A stretch of DNA of 63,067 nucleotides, filler included, from Cercozoa sp. M6MM (GCA_040357565.1; 6 parts of 6 records of this genome joined end to end with filler, not necessarily neighbours in it), one strand, 5' to 3'. Positions 47,588 through 63,067 are shown, numbered from the whole stretch's first letter. Translations and numbers: made by a program. The notes: a model not told the origin generated them from the letters alone.

Positions 47588-49359
47588 TCAATAAACGAAC
47601 GGAAGCGAAGGAATCAATGGATGCCAATAGATGAGGGGCAGGCTCAATCTACACGGAACAGACAGCTCCAGCCACAGCGCAGCTCTACAGGCAGCAGTCG
47701 AGTACCAGAGCCACCGCACAAACTCTTGACTCTTCTTTCTCTTTTTCTTCGGAGACCAACTGGTCAACCTGAGTTCATCCCCGGAGACTGCATAATCTGA
47801 GTCAGTCTGTAACACCTCGCCAACGGGCTAATATACGCGATCAAACACATGCACGCGCCGCATTAGCGCCGACTCGACGAGTTCAAAAGTCGCGAGCGTG
47901 ACAGCGGCACTTGGCACAACGCGCACTGGGACACAACAAAAACCACAAATTCGATTCAAACACCACTTAGAGACAGATGGAACAACCAGCGAGTACCCAA
48001 GTTAACGCCAAAACCTCGATAGAGCGCTCCAACGCCATCGTTTTGCACGACCGACAACAGCGTTTCTCGTATCTGAAACAACGAAATACATACACATACC
48101 GCAAAATAGTTGCAAAATAGATGTACTCTTAGTGGACGCTCGGGACAGGTATGCATTTGCATACGTGTCCTCACCTAAGTGCGGAAAACATTTCTCTTGC
48201 GTGCATATGAAAGCAAAAGAGGCCAAATCGTACAACTTCGTGAGGATAGGTGACGCTTGTAGCGCAAACCTTTGCAGTGGCCGAAGCGACAAAGAGAGCC
48301 GCCATGTCACTGCCGTGCACATCCGTGTGACCCACCAGTTTCTGCCAAGGGATTGGAACAAGCCACATTCAACGTCCACAAGCAAAACAATGCCGAGAAT
48401 ACCGTTTTAAGTGCCTCGTAGATCGGAAACTGCAAAAGAGCGTGCGAAGTGCCCAGCAGCGAAGCCGAGACGCCTCGCCAAAAACCTCGCAGTCCCTCCT
48501 GCAGATTTAACGCTCGCGAAACCGAAAAACCAAAGCCAAACACACAAACTTACTTGCCGAAAAATCGTTTTGGCGGCATGCGAAATCCCCCTGCAAGCAA
48601 GAACGATTTCAATTAATTCAGAAAAAAAAGAACACTCAGACAAGAGTAACCTGTAAGTGTCATGTTGTTCCGGATGCCACTGAGTCTGCAGTCGCACTTT
48701 GATCACCCACAAAGGGTTCGTTACCAGGGCAGTGCACTAAGCCGACAAAATGAATACAACAACGAACTGAGGATAAAATAAGAAAGCTACCGCTCCTGCG
48801 CCCACTGCTGCAACGCCATTGCGCATGTGTACATGCTCACTGAAAACGCACGGATATCAAGCGCCCTTTCAGGAAGCAAACCGAAAATACCTGTGTGGTA
48901 GCGTGTCCTGTAGCAATCGATACAGCGGAAAATAACACGCCCAAGTCGGCCCTAAACCAAGAAGGTTGGCTCCGAAACCTTTGAAGAGTCCGTGCAAGCC
49001 TTCATTCAGCGTAATGTGACCGAGTGCGCCCTTGAGAGAGCCATAGTTCGAGTGGAACAAACTCTTGCTGCCCTGTAGTCTTGTTTTCACCTGCAAAGGA
49101 ACATAAACACGTGAATTAAGTACAGTTGCACTCAACACGCAAGCTACGAGGTCTAGCGGCGCCGTCACCATGGCTGTGTGCAAAGAAAACAACAAATAGG
49201 TGTGCCGTGTTTGTTTGTGCATTGCGAATGTACCGGCCACGACACCGCTGCTCGCACCTGCTATCTGCAGGGCAGAATAAACGTACAGCCAACACACACC
49301 TGCGGCGCATTTTGTACCGCACGGACTGACGTAGCAATAGTTTCATCCTTGGCATTCAT
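47588..49359 (-). CDS. Mitochondrial carrier (SLC25), NAD+/folate/FAD-carrier-like; 3' end approximate
   Basis: Carrier signatures TAPLDLVKTRLQ, TNPLWVIKVRLQ and TYPHEV; GPTWACYFPLY; HALLQFPIYEALK; RVVPSAAVTLATFE. Confidence 0.85.
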
Positions 49360-49675
49360 CGACAGTGAAGATCGACAAAAATAATTGGCTGCGGTGCACG
49401 ACAGGCACGTTTCTCGTGCGAATCGACGAGAAATGCGCTTAGTCGGACGCTCAAGCACGTATCGCGCAGTAAAATCCTTCTTGCCGTTGAGATGACAGGC
49501 GAGATTTTCGACACAACAGTCCAAACGGTCGGAAAAACTGGACTGAGTCGAATTTTGAGTCGACACCTCGCGCAAACACCAGTCCGCGGTACGGAAGAGC
49601 CCACAAAGCAAGCACTCCTGACGCGCCACAATCGTGCAGTGCGTGTTATCGCCAGTGTACAGACCACCGCCTGAA

Positions 49676-51268
<1,593 letters not shown>

Positions 51269-51435
51269 GCTGAGTCTCTTTTTTGCGTCTGGAACGACCT
51301 TTTCACCGCTAGTAAACGCCAGTGCTACTGCTGTACGACGTGTGCCCAACCGTGAGAGGCGTAAATTTTGTACGCACTGACTAGCTACGGTAGGTATGTA
51401 AGATTTACTATGTATCAACCTTGAAAATTTTTCGA

Positions 51436-51553
51436 AACTTCAAAAGGGGAGTGGTATGGCCACCCTAGCGGGTGGTGTGTCACGGCCATCGCTTGTGACC
51501 CACCCAGGACTGGTACAGGGGAACGACATAATTGGTTTCTTGGAGACTAAACT
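51436..51553. other. Conserved dispersed non-coding element, copy 2, with hairpin insert
   Basis: Blocks shared with 15969-16041; internal hairpin GGGTGG-GTCAC...GTGAC-CCACCC. Confidence 0.7.
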
Positions 51554-51859
51554 AACTAGCTACGAACGTATTAAATGTCAAACTTCCAATTGATGCGGCA
51601 ACTGCGATAGTTGCTTCTCACTTTGTGTTCTGCCGCGTGACCCACTCGTACTACTACTAGTACAGTAAATTAGTCGGTACAGTACGTAGTCGACTGAACT
51701 GATCGTGACTACAGTAGCTTTTGAGACTGCCGGGGGGGGGGTGTAGGGGGGGGCTCAACAGAAGTTGAATGGGCCGGGGGGAGGGGCACTCAACTGAAGT
51801 TCAATGGGCCGGGTGATAATGCATGGAGGAATTCAAGCCGAGAGCACGATGACGTTAAC

Positions 51860-53371
51860 TTAGTCGAGACGAGTAACTCGATAGATGCACATCTGCGCAG
51901 ACATGACAGACAGTAGTTTCTTTACAACCGAAACCACAGTAAACAGTGTTTAGTATAGCGAACAGCAGCCACAATGCTATTGGCACCTTTTGGTCGAGAC
52001 GCTTCAGTCCACAGAGTTCCTCAGTTACTTCAACTGCCTTGAGTATGCCTGAGAAAAAATCATAAAATGTTGAGCAGGAGTACAACGGGCTGACACGGTC
52101 ACTTCGAAGTGCCAAAGTACCTGTCTCCTCAAGATTCTTGAGTCCATCGACTATACCTTTGTATGTGTGGCTCCATTCCTGTAGCAAAGGTGTGTTTTTA
52201 TGTAAGACACCTAGTAAGTTTATATGAACACTGGTATTGGTTTGTTGCTACGCAGTCATCGAAGACCATCAGGCCTCCGTCTTTAACAAACGGCCCAGCG
52301 TTGATTGCATCCGCACGGGCGTGCTCTGTTCACAAAATTCGTAAACTGTATCGACCCCTTCCTAGCCCGGTCCATTTACTGTAATCGTGGTTTCCATCGA
52401 TGCTGAAGAGATCGACCGAACGCAGCAGCTTTGGCGAGTACTCAGCCAGTGCCGGAACGGACTAGGGTAGATGCGGAACACGAACGAACATTCTCTGCGA
52501 TTGTCTGATGCTATTCAGTTTACCAGCCCGGAGTCACCACAGAGGACGCTCCAGCGATTGCTGCCGAATTCGTCGCGAATCCTACCGCCCACCGTTGTAA
52601 AATTAACTCAAGACAGTGAGCGAAAAGAACTGTGAGGATGTACACTGCCGCTGCTTGCGTATGATAGTCTCTGTGACCACCGTTGCAAAGATCGAAAGAC
52701 AGCCTGATCGATCCATACAGTACCGGGTACTGTAGCCACCCCAGGTCTGAAACTGACTCTATGACAGGTAGTTACATCACAGAATCAGGTCGACTTCCGA
52801 GGTACGACGCAGCCGAATGACCAGCATTGAAACCTATCGGTTCGATAAGTAATTTTATGTATGTTTGCAATTGTCAAACAAACGAATGAATGGCGGAAGA
52901 GAACTGAGAAGTGAACTAAAGCAATGATACCCACTTCATACACCACTTTTGTTGTCGGAATTAAGCTGAGCTTTCGAATGCAGCGTGTTCTTTTCTATTT
53001 TTAACGTCAGTTTATACACGCAAAAACATGGGCTTTGACTTCATTGTCTTACCGGGAACATGCCGGTGTGACCTTCCCATTTTTTCTTTCCCTGCGTCAA
53101 CGTAAATCTAGGAGCATGAAAAGCAAAAAGAAGGTCCTTCATGAGGTCTTACTTCGGGATGAAGTTCTTTCTGAAGCATGCGGTCTAGGCGCTCGTGCAC
53201 TTCCTCGATGCGTTTCACGCCAAAGGTCGCTTTGCTCGCTTCGTTCTGTTGAACGAAGCTAGCGCTTTCGCCGACGACGAGCGAGACCGAGCTCTGTGAG
53301 ACTAACGTCAGTTGAACCACCAGCAGCAAAACGACGGCTATTTTAACAAAAGGTTCAACATTCACACGCAC
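51860..53371 (-). CDS. Class I SAM-dependent methyltransferase (Methyltransf_24-like) with N-terminal anchor; start uncertain
   Basis: GFNAGHSAASYL; VDLFSIDGNHDY; GLMVFDD; N-terminal hydrophobic IAVVLLLVVQLTLV. Confidence 0.75.
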
Positions 53372-53532
53372 ACTTTGATAAACTTATTGCTGTACCAAGG
53401 AGTAATAACAGAAACTGGTTCTGAAGAGCGTCACTCGGTGCCCACATAAAAAAAATGTCCTTGAGACTCTCACACCAACTTGACGCACCGCTTGTGTTGC
53501 GAATAGTATGGTGCGCTTAACTAGGCGAGACA

Positions 53533-53601
53533 CTCGGGGGTATCGCAAGAAACCCAGGGGTATCGCAAGAAACCCCGAGGGAATCGCAAGAAAGAAACCC
53601 C
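53533..53601. repeat. Three copies of a ~20-bp unit GGGGTATCGCAAGAAACCC
   Basis: Direct repeats at 53537, 53557 and ~53578 (degenerate); each can form a hairpin. Confidence 0.85.
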
Positions 53602-53645
53602 AAATCTAACGCTGTGTGTCCGAACTCCTGCTCAACCGAGTGGTT

Positions 53646-54620
53646 TCAACTATTAGGGATCCTTTGAGTTCCCGTATTTGCAAATTGGACGGAACTGAAC
53701 TGAAAAGCAACTGAACAAGCCGTTGTTGACAGAAATTTAAGAGGAAAAGCACCACCGGTAAATCCAATGGCTATTAGTGGGGTGTAGGACGTGTACGAAA
53801 TGGTTCCATCACCGTTGTCAACAACTGCACGCACGCGCTGCGGCGAGTGAGTGTATTAGTCTACATTACAGTATGGTGGGAATCTTTCAAGAAGCCGAGT
53901 GATAGATTTACGAGCGTGAGCGCGCGACCCCCAAATCTGCCTTCGAAGGCGCTTCCATGAGGGAGAAAATCATATGCACGCGCATCGCTGTGCAGTAGCG
54001 CGAGCACAAAGTTGAACGCGACATCCTCGCAATTGCGTTCGCGACTAATCAGAGCACGTACAGCCTGCGGCACTATCAGCATGTACATGTCCAGTGCCCT
54101 TCGAACCGAAAATCAAGGTGTATGATAAGGGTCAGTGCTTTCCGTGTATGGTGTGTTTTATACCTTCTCGGCACGAACGAGACCGCAGTCAAAGCCAACG
54201 ACTGACCAGGGGGACCTCCAAACTGGTAGAACCCGCAAGCTGCAAGCACAATGCTGATTATAGTTAAAACACTTCAAAGCTTGAGAAGCAATGATGGTTG
54301 ATACCTGTATATTTCGTTTTTTCCACCCCATCGTTCGCGTTACCGCACCCCTCTCCGGCAACATCATTCGGGTCACGTTGGTGGCCTGTGTAAGTGCTTC
54401 CATTGCGTCACACGACAACCATCTGTCGTCATCTGTCTACGCATTTGCAACTTTGCCTTCGTTCAGTTCAGTTGGGGTATCAGTTAAAAAGTACACTAGC
54501 GACATGATCAACATCTCCCAGCAGCGAGTCAAGTTCCATCAACGGGTCAATAGCTCTCTTGGTGCGTCGTTGCTGGAACTCTCGTTCCACATCGAAGCGA
54601 TCTCCTGGAAATTGAGCGAC
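53646..54620 (-). CDS. Glycosyltransferase family 64 (EXTL-type) domain protein, 3' part
   Basis: VDDRWLSCDAMEAL (DxD-type motif); VVGFDC; VRALISRERNCEDVAFNFVLA, the GT64 NCEDI signature. Both ends uncertain. Confidence 0.78.
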
Positions 54621-54657
54621 AGTGTGTGTATGTGTATGTGTGTGTGTGTATGTGTGT

Positions 54658-54729
<72 letters not shown>

Positions 54730-54887
54730 GTGTGTGTGTGTGTGTGNNNNNNNNNNNNNNNNNNNNNNNNNNNNNNNNNNNNNNNNNNNNTTAATTAATT
54801 AANNNNNNNNNNNNNNNNNNNNNNNNNNNNNNNNNNNNNNNNNNNNTTTTTTTTTCCAACTGCCTTCTGAATGATGATTATTGACAG

Positions 54888-55496
54888 GCAAGTGAGCTTG
54901 TGGTGGCTCCAAACGCACGCGAAATCATGGAAAAGTGGGGCGACGGTATCAAGTTACCCTCCTATACTTGACTAAAATCATATGGTTGTTCGTAGTCGGA
55001 ACAGAGGGCCATGAGCTTGCGCAGCAGTTTCCAAAGCACGCACCGGCATTGCAATCGTTGCCGCAACAGTGGTGGGGTGAGGGGCATCCGTCCAACGAGG
55101 ATTCCTTCAAACCAGAATCACGTGCAGATGTACCTCTCGCTGTTTACCTTCTTCAAAAGTGTTCAACATTCGTTGTCATTGTGAAGGTGAAAGCCAGAGT
55201 TTCAACGCTGTGCGAAGAGCTACGGAGTCGAGAGGAAAAGTAAGACTGTTTCTGATCATTTTGGCACCGTTGCAGGGTCCTTTTTGTAGCGTCATCGTGC
55301 TGGTGGGTCATTCAATGCTGTTTAAACGTCTCCTCAGTTCGGTTTGTTGCTCTTGCGCTTTCAAACCTATGCTGGCAGTTCATGTTCTCTCTGTTTTCAG
55401 GGACGCAAACTGCGCAACTGTGAGATCGTGCGCTGCGTGCTGACGCCGCATGAAGATGCACTCCACGAGGAAGAAGTGTTGTTCCGCCCGTCTTGA
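54888..55496 (+). CDS. Histidine phosphatase / phosphoglycerate-mutase-like protein, 3' part
   Basis: QQWW...ESRAD|VKARV...VIVLVGHSMLFKRL...KLRNCEIV, the C-terminal His motif of the PGM superfamily. Confidence 0.7.
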
Positions 55497-55865
55497 GTCT
55501 TACACTTGTCTGTGCCAGCGAGTCCTACCACAGAATCAATCGTGGGCTACCTGAAGGTTTTCGTTGGCCACGGTTGAATTACAGTCGAGATCTAGAGTCG
55601 ACTCGGCGGCGGACGTGACTTGGAGGATATCGCACACGACCGACGCGACGAGACTCCGGTCTCGCCTCCGTCGCTTGCGTTGCAACGCGATTACTGATAG
55701 CTAAACTATTTATAAGATTCCCAATGAAGGAATAAGTCAGTGCCAGTAGCGTGGCGTACTGTACGGCAGGTAGCATCCATTTGCGAGCAGTATTCATTGT
55801 CGTGATGTCTTCAATTCAGTTATTGGCACGTCAGTTGTCGTCTAATTTAGCCGCGTTGAGCGAGC

Positions 55866-57387
55866 TCAAGCTGAGGTTTTTGGCTCAACGAGCAAGCGGA
55901 GTTGCTCCGAAGCGAGGAAGAAGCACGTTACCCATGGCCCCAGTCGTAGCCACTATGAAACGATACTCACTGTAACGTACAAACGAGAGCGTGCGAAAGG
56001 GCCAGATACGGTACCAAGGGTAGAACGCCCTTCCACAAAGAGAAGAAACCTTCGTTTTGAATTGCCGCTTTAGCACAGTGAACCTACGTCAAGTTAATGT
56101 CCGCTGGTGACTTTATAACTCATCGACATTTGGCAACAGGTTCTACCATTCCTCTGTACTTAAGCGGCTCCTTTGGGTTCTGCTGCATCAGCCGTGTCTT
56201 TAAAATGTCCACTACATTCAGTTACACATTAACTTAGCACAACAATAAATCGTCGACTGCAAGCACTTTTTCATGCCATGTCAAGTGCATGAAGTACCAG
56301 GAGCGGCAGCCACGGCAGTAAAGAAACCGGAGATTGTTGAACATAGGAAGTGTGTCACCGCACTTCACAATCCGAATCGGTGTTTCAAGCACATCGTAAA
56401 CCCAGATGCCTTAAAATGAGACAAAGAGCATTAAACCAACCTGTCTTCATGGAAATCATCGCTGGATGAAACCACGAGTCGTTTAGCCATGTCGTAAGTG
56501 CCCAATTCGACGCCATTCACGACCATGCTTCTTTGCACCTGCACCATAATTACAAGCAGGGTACCGCTGGTTGCGAAACGTTGCTGCTGGAATAAAATTG
56601 TACAGTGGGAAGAGTTCCAACAAACAAGCCGCGCCAGCCTTGCGCATAAGCACTGCTCAAAGCACGTCGTGTCGAGTTGCCATACACTTTCCCAGTTTTA
56701 TCGGACTGTAGTCTTGTTTTGGCAGCGTCAAAGGGTACGCCAACCATCGCACCCAAAGCTCCTTTATTTGATACATAAGTCAGTAGCAATGAAGTATTCA
56801 AAAGAAACAGTTCACTTTAAACGTACCTGCGAAAGCTCCGGCAGCGTACAAGCCGGCGTAGTTGCTTTCTGGACTTGCGAAAAACCCGGTAAGACAGTGT
56901 TCTGTTTGAGGCGATTTGATTTCGTACAGTTTTACCGTTTGAGTTGTGCAAGAGAAAGTTGCGAATTGGCGTGTAGAGCGCAATTCTTGAACCTGAATTT
57001 CCACTCATTTTGGTCCAGGTCCTTGAAACGTTGACGCTTCAAACACTCAATCGTACCAGAGTAAAACATTTGCCTGAGGATAGCGGCAGACATTCCTTTG
57101 TACAGACCTTTAGCGCCTGCTAGTACAGCAACTTAAAGGCACATTTTCTCTACAATTTACAATTGTGCAACACCTTCGTTCGAGACGATTGAACTAGCGC
57201 AGTGCCACGAGTTTCGGTAAGCATACTGGAGGAAACAGTTCCAGCTTGTCTGCAAGCTACGAACTGTCATATATCTCTGTGGTACCTGTTGGGTGCCGCT
57301 GAGCTGCATTCGAACCTTCACGGTGTCGACAGGCAGCGTGACGACTTCAGCAAAGCTCGAGGCCAGCCCACCAATTGCGAACTGCAT
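55866..57387 (-). CDS. Mitochondrial carrier (SLC25), UCP/oxoglutarate-malate-carrier-like
   Basis: AEVVTLPVDTVKVRMQL; GLYKGMSAAILRQ; GVPFDAAKTRLQ; NGVELGTYDMAK; AAPVDILKTRLM; WLRLGPWVTCFFLASEQLR. Confidence 0.88.
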
Positions 57388-57698
57388 TTACAGTAACTGT
57401 TTTTTTTTTAAATTTGTGACCGGTCAAAATTCTGCAGCTTTTTTACATTGACAAAGGTCTCTTGCATTCTCCAGCAGTTTGGTGTACTTGAATCGCCGTA
57501 AAATTTATTTGTTAGGCGCTAATGCGAATCAATCCCTTAAACCGATCACGAAAACTGCTATAATGCTGGTTCGGCTCGAAAATGTACTCTGGCTCAAGTT
57601 ACTCGGCCTATGTCCTGGTCTCTGTTGGACTGCTAGCGCGTGTGGGCCGGTTTTATATAGTTGTTCTGGCACGGCTGGAGCCTCGCAAGCCAATCGAA

Positions 57699-58523
57699 AT
57701 GGCGTCGTTTTCCCCAGATACGATGCCCGACTTGGCTGAGGTACTTTTTGTCAATGTTGTTTGCGCCAGACGAGGTTTGCATGAATAAAAGATACATCTT
57801 GCAGGATGTGCCAATGGACGTAATTCTAATGCGGGTTCTTCGACAGGTAGAGCACCGATTAAACTGCAGTATTAGTTACATCGGCCTTATAACAGATGAA
57901 GCTCAAGAAGCCAGAAGTGTCGTCATCCTTCGATCGGTTGCATGCCTTGGTACGTCTATAACTTGACGCATATTTTTAAAGCTCAGTTTTGTGAGGTTTC
58001 ATGTTTCGTAGATCTCGGAGAACGTGAACGAACTGCCACTGCCGCCTCCCGCAGATCATCCTGACTTTGCTAACGTACTTCTATCTCCCTCTGCCGATCG
58101 CTTTAACGTAGAGAAAAAGCATGTGTGTGTATCAGTGGGGAGGAGGCGACGTCTACGCAGCTTCACCACCGGCTTTGAGAATACACAAGGAGCACTACGA
58201 GCGGTGGCTGCAGGAGCGACGTCGCATCGACTCGTCTGTCTCGGCCGTGTTCGGACGCCGCGTGCTGCTCGCGCTGCTCGACGCTCTCGCCGAAAAGGTG
58301 CAGCGACATTTCGAGAAGGTAGCACACTCACGCCAGCTTCACTCTGCTTCTGCTTGCTTCAAAACTCGTGTCACAACTCAACTAACCTCGTGGTGTCAGG
58401 TTGCGCGAACTGAGGCCGGTTTGCCACCAGAAGCCAGTACCGTCGTCGATCGAAAACACCGCGACCTGTACTTTAAGGAGCTTCGTCTTGCTCTGTCGAC
58501 TTCGACGCCGTGTCTCGCTGCCG
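57699..58523 (+). CDS. Uncharacterised spliced protein, 5' part (runs into spacer)
   Basis: Six short exons join in frame via GT-AG introns (MASFSPDTMPDLAE|DVPMDVILMRVLRQ|...). No family recognised. Confidence 0.5.
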
Positions 58524-58702
58524 TAGGTTTAGCTGTTGTCATGTTTCACCCCCCCCCCCATTTTCCCCTACCTCCTACCCAACTCCCCACCTCCCCTCCT
58601 CCNNNNNNNNNNNNNNNNNNNNNNNNNNNNNNNNNNNNNNNNNNNNTTAATTAATTAANNNNNNNNNNNNNNNNNNNNNNNNNNNNNNNNNNNNNNNNNN
58701 NN

Positions 58703-58759
<57 letters not shown>

Positions 58760-58774
58760 TTTGACACCCTGCAG

Positions 58775-59083
58775 ACAACGGACCAGGCCACTGGCATGCG
58801 ACCTGAGCGACCGGCTTCGGCGTCGCCTTTGTCCGCCTTGCGACGGTACTTTCCAGTTGATTGATTGATGCTGTCCGGTTGACTGTCTGTTTGGTTGACT
58901 GACTGCTGATTGATTGATTGATTGATTGATGCTTGGTTCGACTGCAGTATGCACGCCAATGCCGATGGCAAGCCATGCTTCGGCCAGTACATTGCCCCGG
59001 CGGACGTTGACGACAAGGACTACAACGAGGACGTCGTTGGACGCGTTTCTGTCGGAGACGAACTCGTTCTCGCGCTGCGTTAG
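58775..59083 (+). CDS. MOSC-domain protein (mARC / Moco-sulfurase C-terminal), 3' end
   Basis: TTDQATG...PLSALRR|MHANADGKPCFGQY...VGRVSVGDELVL* matches the MOSC C-terminal pattern TVDPxTG...PL..L...FG...G.(I/V).VGD. Confidence 0.7.
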
Positions 59084-59512
59084 CTGTACTGCTAACTGGA
59101 TGAAAGTGCGGTACCCAACTGCGTTAGATGGGTCACCCAGTGGGAAGTGCGGTACCCAACTCGTTTACTATCGGTTCTTGTTCCCCTACGCTAAGTACTA
59201 GTAGTGCGTCACGTGTACGATAAATTAAGTGTCACATGCGATGTCCGTACACTGACATCCGCACGACAGACGAGAGAAAAAGTAAACGCAAGATTATTTA
59301 GAGACATTTTCGCCGATAGCTTTGGCTTTCATGCAACATGTTCCACAGCTGACCCCCGTCGACATCTTTAATTGTTTTGGTCAGGCGTTTTGACGGCCAG
59401 AGCCGGTTGGGAATTCTGTACCTTTGGCAGCTCTGTGCCCACTTTAACGGGCATAGTCTTGCATTTTGCCCGCCTCTGATTAAAATTAGAGCAAAACGAA
59501 TTACGTGCAGCC

Positions 59513-61192
<1,680 letters not shown>

Positions 61193-61641
61193 CCACTGAC
61201 CACTGACCACTGACCGCAACCGAACGCGAGCCGCGCTGTAATCTGTGGAGTAATCTCGTCTGTGGCATCGAGCACCAGTGCATGCGCACTGGCTGTGCTG
61301 TGATTTAAAATACTCGACTACGCTAACTGAACAGGCAGTTCAACCCGCTGTCGCAATAAAAGATGTCGTCAGTTGTGTAAATTTATTGTACAGCTAAATG
61401 CAGTGAAGTTGGCCGATTGGCGACAAAAGAGCCCGAAACGACTGCTATTAGAGTAGCCCGCACACTAAGTGATCCAAATGTACTAAGAACTAGACTTAGT
61501 GAAGTTTGGGCCACTATGGAGACACAAAGTTTTGACGAAATTCAATGGAGTTGAAATTCGTGCGTCACTGTCGGTCGAGTTTCAAAAGTCGACATAAGGA
61601 GCTATAAACCACTAATTACGGATTAATTCTAGTTAGAACAC

Positions 61642-61873
61642 CTAGTAGCGGCGGAAACCTAGTGGTGCAAGCGCTCTTAGGCGCTTTTCGTGCTCGGCCT
61701 GGCTGTTTCTCATGGCTTGCTCGACCTCTGCAACGAGCGACGTCACTTGTCGTTTGAATTCCTTCTCGAACTCGTCGTTCCTCTCGGTTTCCTCGCGCCC
61801 AGGAACCTTGGTGAACAGGTAGGAGCCCTGCTGAACTCCATGAGACTTGTTGACCTGCTTCCGTTTCACAGCT
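61642..61873 (-). CDS. 3' end of an uncharacterised helical protein
   Basis: Open frame from the spacer to the stop, protein-like composition (NDEFEKEFKRQVTSLVAEVEQAMR). Confidence 0.45.
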
Positions 61874-62197
61874 NNNNNNNNNNNNNNNNNNNNNNNNNNN
61901 NNNNNNNNNNNNNNNNNTTAATTAATTAANNNNNNNNNNNNNNNNNNNNNNNNNNNNNNNNNNNNNNNNNNNNTGGAACTGTGTTTCCTCACAGCGCATC
62001 GGAAGCAAGCGCAAGAACGGTGCGAGGCGCAGTTGAGTTAATGCAATGACAATCAGCCTTTCAGGTTTCGGACAGTAAATTTACATATGTATGTACAACA
62101 ACCGAACGCGACTCGCACTTTTTCTGACTACGCAAACGCGAAATCCTAAGGTCTGGACACGGAAGCGACGCGAATGACGCCAAGCGAAGGTTCGTGT

Positions 62198-63067
62198 TCA
62201 GTTCGACGTCTCGGACTCGGACGTGGCCTGGTCGAACTCGTCGAAGGCGTCGACGTCGAAGCGAGCAAACACCGGTCGCTGCCGCGCCGCCAAGTCGAGG
62301 TCGTCGTCCTCCACTCGGTCCTCGTGCCGGCGCAGTCGCTCCAGCTCGGCGGCGAAACCGTCCAACTTGTTGCGATTCTTGCGCTCGCGCTTCGCAATCT
62401 TGGCTTCCTGCCGTTTCTCCCGCCGTTTCTCCTGCCGTTTCTCTTGTGTCTCCTCTTCTTGTTCGTCAGGTTGCTCTTGTTGTTGTTTTAGTTGTTGTTC
62501 AGTGTCGCTGGCGCACTTGTTCTCCTCCTCGGCGACGCCGAGACAAAAGTCGCGCGGCGGCAGAAAACTCAGCACCACGCGGCCCTCCAACGCGTCTCGC
62601 AGGATCTACCTCGAGGGGGGGGGTAAAGGGGTAGGGTAAAGAGGTAGGGTAAAAAGGTAGGGTAAAGAGGTAGGGGGCAGGGATAGGGCGGTATAAATGT
62701 ACCGCATTGGCAGCACGGTAGGTGTCGGGCTTGCCACTCTTGGTTCGATAGCCTGGCGGCAAGGAAGGTAACATAGGGTCAGAGGGGGTGGGGGGAGGGG
62801 GGTAAACTGCACCCTTCTTCTCAGCGAGCGCCTCGCAGATGTCCCAGGCCGACCATGCGGCGGCTGCGGTGTCTCCCTGCGTGTGCCGCAGGTTGTACAT
62901 GTCCTCCAGCGGCACTCGCTCCGCCAGGAACTGCACCACCGAGTAGGGCTCGCGGCACTGCGCTATCGGGAAGGTGCCTGCGGGGAGGTGGATACAGGTT
63001 GCACGGGGGGATGGCAAGGAGGGGATTGCAAGGAGGGGATTGCAAGGAGGTAAGATGGGGGAGGGGG
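62198..63067 (-). CDS. GNL1: GNL1/HSR1-type circularly permuted GTPase, 3' part
   Basis: AGTFPIAQCREPYSVVQFLAERVPL; WSAWDICEALAEKKG; YRTKSGKPDTYRAAN; ILRDALEGRVVLSFLPP; acidic tail. Confidence 0.88.

Noticed and set aside
53533-53601. CRISPR-like array
   Set aside because: No unique spacers, only three short adjacent units, no cas genes, eukaryotic context.

Overview
This is eukaryotic (protist-like) nuclear DNA. It is gene-dense and very intron-rich, with mostly ~50-100 nt GT-AG introns, many inflated by (GT)n/(CA)n, poly-C or (TACCC)n tracts. The standard genetic code fits every gene I spliced by hand. The window is six contigs or scaffolds joined by artificial N44-TTAATTAATTAA-N44 spacers, so neighbourhoods across those spacers are not reliable. 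Most ORFs in the supplied track are exon fragments or repeat artefacts. Recognisable genes: Cdc15/MAP3K-epsilon-type kinase (partial), RING protein, PRP38, RTEL1-like helicase, a small HEPN-like protein with a CaaX box, divergent IFT122, ankyrin protein (partial), CHMP1/Did2, bestrophin, F-box/WD40 (partial), a secreted Thr-rich protein, exportin-7, FATP/VLACS, two mitochondrial carriers, MDH1-type malate dehydrogenase with a mitochondrial-like presequence, class I methyltransferase, GT64, histidine phosphatase, MOSC domain, LACTB2 and GNL1. The most interesting observations are: (1) a spliced, bacterial-like HEPN/DUF4145-type protein with an intact RNxxxH motif and C-terminal CLIM; (2) a conserved non-coding element present twice, 35 kb apart, with a variable hairpin insert; (3) an intact Mutator-like MITE with identical 128-bp TIR arms and a 9-bp TSD; (4) an atypical GTAC/GTAH-dominated splice-donor spectrum. 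Gene boundaries were inferred by manual splicing and no database searches were run.
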